This document shows, in pieces, positions 1 to 9,294 of a DNA stretch of 64,000 nucleotides. Origin of the DNA: Paramoeba atlantica (taxonomy: Eukaryota; Protista; Discosea); NCBI GenBank assembly GCA_977017575.1, contig CDRNVI010000044.1, forward strand, positions 868,001 to 932,000, written 5' to 3'. The notes beneath the pieces were generated by a model, which was given only the letters and a program-made list of their open reading frames with translations, was not told the DNA's origin and made no database searches. The number at the start of each line of letters is the position of its first letter. Position 1 is the first letter of the stretch. Both the position numbers and the translations under genes were made by a program.

Positions 1-318
1 ATTGTTTCTTAAGAACCATACGATAAGTGTTTGTTTCGCTGTCGTTCGAGCTAAACAACTTTGAAGTAAGTTTTTTCCTCTCCTAATATGAGGTACCCCG
101 GTTTAGATTAGCCTCGCTTTTGCCCAAGTGAACCTATAAAGGTGAGAGGGCAATAATGGAGTACCATGCGAGAATTCACCGGTTCTCGAAAAAATAGAGC
201 CTATTAAGGGGGGAACCTGCACGGAGGGGTACAGTATAGTAAGCGTCCTAAGAAAGAAACTGAAACTCCATAATTTTTCGTGTTTAAAGGACTAAATTCC
301 GTTTCTCTACTCTGATAA

Positions 319-1683
319 TTAAGATACTCTAGTCAGAGACATTTCAGTCGTGTCAAAGGGCAGAGCTATTGCGAAACCAAGTCCTATGCACATGACCACG
401 GCATAAAGTGATGCGCTAAGCGAGACGTTAATATTCGTTACTAAAATAGCAACGAAAGGGGTTAGCATTCCAGCAACTCTACCGAAGGCAATCGAAAAAC
501 CGAAACCTGTTGAGCGGATATCAGCTGGAAAAGCTTCAGGGCAATAAATGCATGTAACAGTAATGAATATTGAGATGGCAAGACGATAGATAGCCATACT
601 GGTAACTACGAGCCACAGCGGCAAGTGTACTTGAGCACCCAAAAGACAGAGACTCAATGCTGTGACGCACGAAGACGCAATCAGAGCTGAACGCCGCCCC
701 ATGTATTCTGCGCAAAGATACGTCCCTATTTTTCCTGGAAATTCGGAAATAGTGATAATCATCATAGCAACGTAGGGATTATAGTGTCCATAACTCAGAA
801 GCGCAGTCAAAAAAACTGAGCCATAATAGACGAAAGATCCGCTAAACCATATGAAAGAGAGGCACCCGACTAATCTGCGTGTACCCTCCTTCGAAAGCAG
901 AGAAATTCTTTCGCGGAACCCAACCGTGGAATGTTGTGTTTGTTTTGTCAATGTAAAACACTCCGGAAGATTCGACCTTGACTTATTCACCGCTGCAACG
1001 CGACAAAGCAATGCCAGTGCCTCCCTGTGGAAACCATTAACATGTAGAAATATCGGACTCTCGGGAACAGCAAAGTAAGTAAGACCACTAAAAAACGACG
1101 GAAGCGCACTCACTGCCACGTACCACCGCCAAGAGACGTCCTGCATTGCCCATGCTATCCCGCACTGCATGATAGTACCGATCGCCCAAAAGGTCTGAAT
1201 AAGCGTAAGCATCAAAGCCCGATGCTTACGTGGAAGAAACTCTGTAAACAGAGTAATACTGATATGCAGTCCACCGACTCCAACTCCAACGAGAACACGA
1301 AAAAGTAAAAATACCCAAACATTTGGACTGACCGCGCTTAGAACACCAGCAACTCCTGTAAAAGCCATACATATCGCAAGTGACTTTCGCCTACCAACAA
1401 CGTCTGATACAGACCCAAGTACTGTCGAACCAAAAAACATACCAACAAACGCAGCTGCTGCGACTATAGATACTGTGAAATGACTGCAAGAAAACTCTTT
1501 CACTAGAATTCGTATGATAAAAGCCATCATAACAATTTCCATTGCATCGGCAACAAAAGCAGTACCGCATAAAAATAATAAGCGCCACTGAAAGAGACCC
1601 AGTCCTGCACGTTCAATTACTTCGTTAAGCGGAAGCTCCGGGGTGTCCGTACTCCCATGTTCAATGTCACACGTTTCCATCAT
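319..1683 (-). CDS. MFS transporter, SV2/SVOP-like, copy 1
   Basis: Many hydrophobic helices; MFS motif A GSVSDVVGRRK; ADAMEI and PESP motifs; C-terminal PEAFPADIRSTGFG. The ORF track starts at TTG 1725; first ATG is 1683. Confidence 0.9.
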   Translation of the reverse strand: MMETCDIEHGSTDTPELPLNEVIERAGLGLFQWRLLFLCGTAFVADAMEIVMMAFIIRILVKEFSCSHFTVSIVAAAAFVGMFFGSTVLGSVSDVVGRRKSLAICMAFTGVAGVLSAVSPNVWVFLLFRVLVGVGVGGLHISITLFTEFLPRKHRALMLTLIQTFWAIGTIMQCGIAWAMQDVSWRWYVAVSALPSFFSGLTYFAVPESPIFLHVNGFHREALALLCRVAAVNKSRSNLPECFTLTKQTQHSTVGFRERISLLSKEGTRRLVGCLSFIWFSGSFVYYGSVFLTALLSYGHYNPYVAMMIITISEFPGKIGTYLCAEYMGRRSALIASSCVTALSLCLLGAQVHLPLWLVVTSMAIYRLAISIFITVTCIYCPEAFPADIRSTGFGFSIAFGRVAGMLTPFVAILVTNINVSLSASLYAVVMCIGLGFAIALPFDTTEMSLTRVS

Positions 1684-1977
1684 GTACAAGATGGTTCTAA
1701 TATCATGCTCGTACGTTGTATGCAAAAAAACGCGAGCTTATAAAAAGATACAAAAAAAAACTTGCGCCATACTTCAAAAGTTCAAACTCAGTACAAACGT
1801 ACTGCTGCCCGTCGCTCAGTTGGAAAAAGGTTCAAAAAACTAAGGATTAGATATACTGTAGAAAACTAAAAAAGGTTCGAAAACTAAGAACGGCTAAATG
1901 TAGATGTATAAGGTGATCCTAGGTGCATTATGTAAAAGAGAATGCACACAACATAGATAATACTGCATGTACTACTA

Positions 1978-3444
1978 TCATAAAACCGAAATCGTGTTCT
2001 CTAAGGTCACGTACTTCGAGTTCGCTTCTGACTCCGACAACTTCATCTCAGACGCCGTATCCCTGCCCGTTCCGTCGTGCGCTAAACTCATCTTTGAGGT
2101 GTCGAATGGCAAAAGAAAGGCCGCTACAAGACCAAGCATCGTCACCACAGCGTACAGTGAGCTCGACAGTGCGGGACTGATTGAATTTATTTTCAAAGCA
2201 ATAAATGGGGTAAGCATTCCTGCGATACGACTTCCTGCAGTCGTGATTCCGAATCCTGTGGAGCGCACGGCTGTTGGGAACGCTTCTGGCGTGTAGAGTG
2301 CCGCCATCGTGAGAAACACTGCAATACCTAAACGATAGATGACCATTGCAACCAGGACACACCAAGCGGGAAGCTGTTCTTGCAGGGCAACAAACACAAG
2401 AGAGAGCGCAGTTAGCGCGGAAGAAGCCGTCATTCCGTGACGCCGGCCACAATAGACGAAAAACCAATAGGATAGTAGCTTTCCTGGGAGCTCCGCAAGA
2501 GAAACAATAAACATGGCTAAATATTGATTCCAATCACCGTACGTTAACTGTGCTGTTAAAAACACGGAACCGCAGTAAACAAATGATCCTACGAACCAAA
2601 CAAGAAGTAAGCAAAGTGTGAGCCGACGCAATGATTTAGTCCCTACCATTGACTTGACTCTTGTATAAAACGAATCCTTTGCGGCGATTGACGGTGGAAC
2701 GTGAATATCAAAAGAATGTGGAAGATTCGCAATGGTGCCGTTTACATGCGCAACGGCGCGCAAGATTGCAACCGCCTCACGCTTGCGTCCATGTATGAGT
2801 AAGTATAGTGGGCTTTCTGGTATAAGAAAATACGTGGCACCACTAATAAAAGCTGGGAAGGCGCTTACCACCACGTACCATCTCCATGAGACATCACGCA
2901 TCGCCCACGCAAGACAGGTTTGAATCACAACGCCCAGTGCCCAGAAAACCTGCAGCAAGGTGTTCTGTAGCGCACGATGACGCGTCGGTAGAAATTCTGT
3001 AAATAGTGTCACACTGATGTGAAGTCCACCAACGCCGACCCCTACCAGAGCACGGGTGACAAGGAACATCCATACATTCTGACTCGCAGCACTCAAAAGA
3101 CCCGCTAGGCCTGTAAAGGCCATGCATATTGCAAAGGATTTGCGTCTCCCGATCGCGTCAGATACCGGACCAAGAACGGTGGATCCGAAAAACATTCCCA
3201 CAAAAACTGCTGAGGCCACGATGGATATCACGAAACTGCTGCAGTGTAACTCCTTCTGTAGTACATTAACAATGAATGCTAACATTACAATTTCCATGGC
3301 ATCGGCTATGAATGCTGTGCCACACAAAACGAGTAATCGCCATTGATATAAACCAAATCCAACACGCTCGACCGCTTCATCGATAGTGAAGTTTGCTTCA
3401 TCTGGGGAGAGATATGTAGACTGAACTGCAGTTTCTTCACCCAT
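1978..3444 (-). CDS. MFS transporter, SV2/SVOP-like, copy 2 (tandem paralog)
   Basis: Collinear with copy 1 (LCGTAFIADAMEIVM, GPVSDAIGRRK, PEAFPTAVRSTGFG). The track start 3462 is GTG; first ATG is 3444. Confidence 0.9.
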   Translation of the reverse strand: MGEETAVQSTYLSPDEANFTIDEAVERVGFGLYQWRLLVLCGTAFIADAMEIVMLAFIVNVLQKELHCSSFVISIVASAVFVGMFFGSTVLGPVSDAIGRRKSFAICMAFTGLAGLLSAASQNVWMFLVTRALVGVGVGGLHISVTLFTEFLPTRHRALQNTLLQVFWALGVVIQTCLAWAMRDVSWRWYVVVSAFPAFISGATYFLIPESPLYLLIHGRKREAVAILRAVAHVNGTIANLPHSFDIHVPPSIAAKDSFYTRVKSMVGTKSLRRLTLCLLLVWFVGSFVYCGSVFLTAQLTYGDWNQYLAMFIVSLAELPGKLLSYWFFVYCGRRHGMTASSALTALSLVFVALQEQLPAWCVLVAMVIYRLGIAVFLTMAALYTPEAFPTAVRSTGFGITTAGSRIAGMLTPFIALKINSISPALSSSLYAVVTMLGLVAAFLLPFDTSKMSLAHDGTGRDTASEMKLSESEANSKYVTLENTISVL

Positions 3445-4031
3445 TTCATGAAAATGGACCACGTGTAATACTTGATAAAAAACTGTTGCTCAAGAGTAGG
3501 CAATCTAACCGTGACATCCATATTATCACTTTCAACGTAATTTTAATATATTGGTGCGTACCGGCGTGTCTTCAATACATGCGACGTGCTTTTTATCGTT
3601 GAATTTGCTCCATCTCCTCAATTATTAAACATTTTTTGACTGAGAATTCTTGCATCTTTTTGATTAACAGTACCTAGTACTTACCGATGTATGACACTTA
3701 TTTATGCACGACACTGGTTGTCTTTCTCTCGTCAGAGTTGCGCTTTTTACTCAATCTCAATCTTGGAAAAGATGATGAAACTAAACCATGTTCCAGGATA
3801 GTATACCCAAGCTCATGCCCACTACCTAGTAGGTATACTAAGAGGGGTGACTCTGGGTGGGAGAACCTGGAAAAAAAGTTTCTAAAAGTTCACCCCGCAA
3901 TACACTTCCTCCCTTCTGTTCGGCGAGTCGAAAAACCAGTTTTTACCTGCCTGAATGAAGGAGGTTCAAGAACCAACTACATAACCAAGTAACCAACCCA
4001 CCTACAGAAGTACACAGAAGTATACACGCAG

Positions 4032-6191
4032 TCAATCTGGCATTGAATTTCCACTGTTGTCCGAGATTAATCGACGCAAGATGTCCTCTCTATCTAGTTC
4101 GCAAAAACCACGCATTTTCAAAAGGGTGATAAATTCTGGCAGGGTAATTTGGCTGTTTTCGTTCGCAAAAGCATAAAGACTCAAAATTTCTGTTGATGGA
4201 ACAGTTGCAAGTTTAAGTAAAATATCAAGCGCCGCAAATTCCTTCCGCGCCAACTGTGTTTTCGTCTCAGAATTAGTTTCCAGAGTGTCTTTACGATAAG
4301 CTAGATGGTTCTGAAACAAATCGCCCAATTTATTTAAAAGGGACTGGAGGTCAATTCGAATTTGCATGGCTCCATCAGATGAAACACGTTTAACTTTTAA
4401 AAGAGACTCACGTAGAAGTACAAACATCCGCTCAACGAACACGTGACACACCTTGGTAAAAAGTGTTAAATTACACGTTCTGATTTGCTCGAGTAACTTG
4501 TTCACCTCAACCATAAGAAGGTCAATGTACGAGGTGCCTTGCGGGACACATTCAGGAAACGCTACTCGGTTCCAATTCTGTTGTCGAAACATACGCAATG
4601 CGTGTGCTAGTGTTGCGTCCAACAAAACTAAAACGTGCTCTATGCCACGGTCCAAAACTTCATTTAGGGATTTTTGCGCGTTAGAAAAGGTTCGGTCAAT
4701 GTCTATCGTGAACTTTTCAAGTTTTTTACAGAGTGCAAAGGTCAAATTCCGACATTCACTACTCGTATTCATGATAACGACCCAATTTCTTAGACTTCTC
4801 CTCTCTGTACTTCCTAGAAGATTGTCCCTCATTATGTTCGAGCATTGTACGATTGCATTCTCCCATATGGACGCTAAAGAAGTCAATACATGTGAATCAG
4901 ACAATTTAACGAGTGACTGCAATTGGACATTAATTAAATTAAAGGTATCCAGAGCAAAAGATAAGCACCCTGAACTCGGATCCGACTTTTCAGCGATTTC
5001 TTTCGAAGCACTAATTTCTGCAAAATGTTCTTCAAATTTATATTTCGCGTCGCTAATGAGCCCTTGAAGATAACCTTCAAAAATGTCTGTCAGAAATCCT
5101 GAGATATTCGGAAGATTAGGACAGTCAGGGATGTGTGTTTCGTTATACTTTCCAATAGCAACGTACTCTTCTTTGAACCTGGAAGGGAATGTATTCTCCA
5201 TTAGCCACTTTTCCACCTCTAGTTCGAACGTTTTGGCCTTGGAATACACTCTCTTCAGGATATCAGGTCTAGATATATTCTCAGGGGTCAAAGCACTCAA
5301 AGCGACCTCTCGTATCTCTTGGAGTACTTCATTCAACACTCTTTCGGGTAATCTCCATGACGCAGGGAATAGATCGGAGAACTTGCGCTGATAATCGGCG
5401 AAAAACTTTCTGATCCACGCGTAGTGACGTTCCAAAGTAAAAATTGATGATAGCTGTTTCGTGCGACTGAGATCAGCGGCCTGCTTGGCCACCTGACTAT
5501 TTACAAACTGAGCTATTATGATGGGCAAACAACTGGAATCTAATGTCGATACCATAGTAATAACTGTACGAAGTTCCTGCAATGTGGAATGTGATTCTAG
5601 TGAGGGACCTTCAATACATTTCCCAAACGTACTGCAAGCAAAAGTGTCAATATACGGTCTTAAACCACGATATTCGTCCAGCAGACACTTCAGTTTAGCT
5701 GGACTAGACGCGTAATCAAGGGATTTACTTGTTTCTTCGCAAAGTATCGCAAAAGTACAAATTTCTTCGCCATTATGGCAATTGAGTGCGAATCTCAAAG
5801 CTCCAACTCCTTCTCTTAATTTTATCCACTCTTGCAGCAGTTGGATGCTGTGCACAAGATTTTTCTTTGCTGATACGTAAGGCAATAAATCGTTCGCAAC
5901 ACTCTGGGCTTCGTGTTGTATAGATTTGCAGCATTCAGAAAGTTCAATGTTTTGAGCCTGCAATGTAGTCGCAGTTCTATCTAGTCCTTTCTGCCACCCT
6001 TCTAGTTCGGGTTCTTTTACGAGATTAGAAATTTTAGACAAAAGCGTTTTAATATCCAGTTGTGTACATCTTGTAATTTCTAGCATCTCATTATGCACAT
6101 TGTCGAGAGTTAAGCGGCTAGCGTCGCCCACGCAGCTCTCCAAGAAGCTGTATGGATCAAATTCTTCCCTATCGAGTTCATCGTAGCCCAT
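4032..6191 (-). CDS. VPS53: Vps53-like GARP/EARP tethering subunit
   Basis: N-terminal EEFDPYSFL, coiled coil, and LERHYAWIRKFFADYQRKFSDLFPASWRLP resembling the Vps53 ERRYAW...FP.SW block. First ATG is 6191. Confidence 0.75.
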   Translation of the reverse strand: MGYDELDREEFDPYSFLESCVGDASRLTLDNVHNEMLEITRCTQLDIKTLLSKISNLVKEPELEGWQKGLDRTATTLQAQNIELSECCKSIQHEAQSVANDLLPYVSAKKNLVHSIQLLQEWIKLREGVGALRFALNCHNGEEICTFAILCEETSKSLDYASSPAKLKCLLDEYRGLRPYIDTFACSTFGKCIEGPSLESHSTLQELRTVITMVSTLDSSCLPIIIAQFVNSQVAKQAADLSRTKQLSSIFTLERHYAWIRKFFADYQRKFSDLFPASWRLPERVLNEVLQEIREVALSALTPENISRPDILKRVYSKAKTFELEVEKWLMENTFPSRFKEEYVAIGKYNETHIPDCPNLPNISGFLTDIFEGYLQGLISDAKYKFEEHFAEISASKEIAEKSDPSSGCLSFALDTFNLINVQLQSLVKLSDSHVLTSLASIWENAIVQCSNIMRDNLLGSTERRSLRNWVVIMNTSSECRNLTFALCKKLEKFTIDIDRTFSNAQKSLNEVLDRGIEHVLVLLDATLAHALRMFRQQNWNRVAFPECVPQGTSYIDLLMVEVNKLLEQIRTCNLTLFTKVCHVFVERMFVLLRESLLKVKRVSSDGAMQIRIDLQSLLNKLGDLFQNHLAYRKDTLETNSETKTQLARKEFAALDILLKLATVPSTEILSLYAFANENSQITLPEFITLLKMRGFCELDREDILRRLISDNSGNSMPD

Positions 6192-6351
6192 AAGGAAAAT
6201 AAATGATTTATATCCCAAGTATGAGCTAATCACAACCTATAAAATAACGCACATTGCGGGGGGTGCATAACTACCGCTCTACCCTCGATTATTCAAAAAA
6301 AAGTGAACAATAACAGTGAAAATATAAAGAGAAACACAGTAATATACTGTA

Positions 6352-7172
6352 CTCCCCTAGTTATCTGTCGCTACTTTTCGAGAAAAGGTGACAGATAAGT
6401 AGGGGGGTAGGGGTGCGACAGATAACTAGGGGGGTCAAAGTGCGACAGATATCTAGGGGGGTCCGTCGCCAAAAAAAGCGAGGGAACAAAATGATACAGA
6501 CACGGTATCTTTATTGCCTAAGAAGATTCCTTTCTACCCCAATGGGGTAGAAAAATGGGGTAGTATAAGCTGAAGACATGCGTCTACGGGTTAAAAGAAG
6601 CCCAAGTTTCAAATGTTCACATAGACGATCTTTAAATTTCTTTATAAATTTAAATTTCTTTATTATCATTGAAAATTTGAGAAAATTTGACGCGTACCCA
6701 TTGAAACTGGCATAAATCACAATAATATGGCGCCGCACATGAATTAGAACGTAGTGGTGTGCATAGTACTAGAGAGTACTACAAGCACGCAAATATGCGA
6801 GTGCTATGTGAGACTTGAGAAGGAAATTTGACTCGTCCCATAATAAGAAGCACAGTCTGCACATTCCAGAAAATTTAGTCCAAGACGAAAGCGGGCCGAT
6901 AGGTGGCTGAGAAAGGGAAGATAAAGGGGACAGCGAAGACGGTAGTGAAGGGGATGATGGAGGGGATAACGACGGGGCTATTATTATTTCTATTATTATT
7001 TCGTCCGTAGAACACCACGCAAGTCCATTCGCCTAAAAAAAAATTTAAAATTTTAATTTTTTTAAAAAGCGACAGATAACTAGGGGGTGTGGTCGACGAA
7101 AAACAATATTCGAAGGGCCGAAAGCGACAGAGAACTAGGAGGGGGTGGGGGGGTGACAGATAACTAGGGGGG
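6352..7172. mobile_element. Non-autonomous TIR element (MITE-like, Tc1/mariner/pogo-type TA target)
   Basis: 20-bp TIR CTCCCCTAGTTATCTGTCGC (6352-6371) pairs with GTGACAGATAACTAGGGGGG (7153-7172) with 2 mismatches. TA flanks both ends. Five further internal copies of the GCGACAGATAACTAGGGGG motif occur near 6389, 6415, 6442, 7069 and 7114. Confidence 0.75.
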
Positions 7173-7237
7173 TAATAGACAAAAATATAGAAGGGGGCTC
7201 CGGTGGTCCAAAACTGAAAAAAAAAATCAAAAAAATA

Positions 7238-7490
7238 GGGGGTCCATTGGGGGGGGGCCATGTGGGGGTCCGGGGGGGGCATACGTCGCGAATTTTTTTT
7301 TCGCATTTTTTACTTTTCAAAATCGAGCGCAGGAAAGTGTTAGAGTATGCCGCGGCGATGATTTTCCACCCCCCCACCTGGGGGGAGAGTAAACCGATGT
7401 CATCCCCTAACCCCTACCCCAGTTAAACGATGACTATTTGTCAGTAACACCGTTGTAGTTACTGACCATTGTCAGTAACACCTAACCCCC
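7238..7490. repeat. G-tract cluster followed by CCTAACCC-like and GTCAGTAACAC repeats
   Basis: G5, G9, G5 and G8 runs at 7238-7279; CCCTAACCCCTACCCC near 7405; GTCAGTAACAC twice (about 7440 and 7471) with an inverted GTTACTGAC between them. Confidence 0.5.
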
Positions 7491-7524
7491 CTCACCACTA
7501 CGGCTCGTGATCTAGGATAAACGT

Positions 7525-8808
7525 TTATGGGCAGTCATTCTCGAATACGAACCATGCATCATCTGTCATATATTCCATGCGAGACAGATCAACCCAGGAA
7601 GACTGGTGATCATTCGCCACAGACGTAACTTTATGAGCATCCAATACGTTCATTCTTGAAAAATCGGCAAAATCACCTCCTAGGTCTCGCATTACTTTGT
7701 GCCAAGCGCAATTAGGCGTGGAGAGTAATGTTTTATCCCGAAACAAAAGATCTTCGACGTACGACCCACTGTGCAGAGGTATCCACCAGTTGTTCTTAAT
7801 CTCTTCTATCAACTGCGACGCTGTCCAAGAACACTGATTTATTATTATTCGACTTCCACGTGAGATAACATTATGCGATTGGGACGTCGCACCTTGCACA
7901 TGCCTGATATCGGTGAAAGATATGTTTCCTGGTAACAAAATCGTAGGCGTCGGACGTTGTGCTTTCGTGTGGAGTAGCTTTTGATAACTGTCGGAAGGTA
8001 ACCTTCCGGCATTAAGCAGTAATTTTCTTTTTGTTGTACTACGTTGTAACAGAACTGGATCTTTCTGTATAGGTCCTCCGTCGTATAATGGAATGTCACC
8101 AAGATTCTTTAAACTTGATAAGCGTCTCAATTTATAATGTTTCTGCCACAACCATTTTCGAGCGCTTTCCTTTTCTACCGGACAGCTTAATAACAGGCCA
8201 CAAATTTCATTGTTGTTGTCAACCCCCCCGCTTCTCGATGCCTCCGAGACGTAAAGCAAAATAATGCTTTGAGATGTCCAGTCTAAGTTGGCTGGGTGAC
8301 CTACAAGCAACGCGCCGTGACAAACATTTATATTCTTCTCCAATTTTGATAGAGTCAATCTTCTAGGTTGCACTGTACTCTTCGATCCCTGCAGAGTTGT
8401 GGTTTTTGCACTGTACTTATCATGAAATACCTTTACTTTCGCCAAACGCTTAAGCAATTCAAATAGAAGGGGATGATTATCCTGAACTTCTTTTGTACGT
8501 CTCGCAACCCTGTAGCCTTGTCGTATCATACACTGTAGGCTACAAAATCGAGTTGCTGCATCAGATACCTTTGAAGACGAATCACTAGCAGGAAGATAGT
8601 AAGAACCATCTCCCTTCCAAAGAGTTCCCGCAGCACCGAGAAAACTTCTCGCGTCCGGAGTCTTATATGATATCCACGACCCGCTATGACAATCATAGTA
8701 TTTTCGTGGTGGTGGAGTTAAGAAGGCCTTCGCTAGTGGGTAGCGATCAAACCATCTAGCCAGCTTAAGCAAAGATCGGTACAGGGACACATTCAAAGTA
8801 TCGGTCAT
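7525..8808 (-). CDS. Protein with C-terminal DUF179 (AlgH/YqgE-like) domain
   Basis: LLVGHP...SIILL, GLLLSCP, LYDGGPI and SWTASQLIEEIKNNWW follow the DUF179 pattern (LLVAxP, GLILNxP, GGPV, GWxxGQLxxEI..W). Confidence 0.65.
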   Translation of the reverse strand: MTDTLNVSLYRSLLKLARWFDRYPLAKAFLTPPPRKYYDCHSGSWISYKTPDARSFLGAAGTLWKGDGSYYLPASDSSSKVSDAATRFCSLQCMIRQGYRVARRTKEVQDNHPLLFELLKRLAKVKVFHDKYSAKTTTLQGSKSTVQPRRLTLSKLEKNINVCHGALLVGHPANLDWTSQSIILLYVSEASRSGGVDNNNEICGLLLSCPVEKESARKWLWQKHYKLRRLSSLKNLGDIPLYDGGPIQKDPVLLQRSTTKRKLLLNAGRLPSDSYQKLLHTKAQRPTPTILLPGNISFTDIRHVQGATSQSHNVISRGSRIIINQCSWTASQLIEEIKNNWWIPLHSGSYVEDLLFRDKTLLSTPNCAWHKVMRDLGGDFADFSRMNVLDAHKVTSVANDHQSSWVDLSRMEYMTDDAWFVFENDCP

Positions 8809-9294
8809 TGGCGCATTGTTGTTCTAGTGACTTTCTCTTAAAACTCCTATGTAACAAATGAAATCTAAAAAAAGTTAAGAAAACAATGTACGCAACCAAA
8901 GATTGTGGCCCAATAAGCTCATCATAGAGTTTAAAACTTTAGACGCAACGTATCGTTGTATGGTATCTTACCCTCTACAAACAGCAAATAAAAAATTGCA
9001 TATTTCGTTTTTATCGTAGTAGTCTACGCAATTCAAAAAAAATGATTGTCTTGCAATAATAAAAGTTCATAGTCAGAAGAAAGCAAATTGGTTTGCGTGC
9101 AAACTATAAAAACTTCAATCCTGTATCTCAAAGCTTCTGAGGAATGTAATATTTTGATCACAAATAAATTAGTTTAACCCAAAATTACAAATAATGCATC
9201 AAAAAATATTATCTGATCACTTAATCAAACTGATGTTTTATTCCTGCGGAAAATAAGCGTCTACCCACAATACTGGGAAGTTGTTCCGTGATAC

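Noticed and set aside
6875-7377. 143-aa and 80-aa minus-strand ORFs as genes
   Set aside because: They are low-complexity translations of G/C/A homopolymer runs that straddle the MITE boundary.
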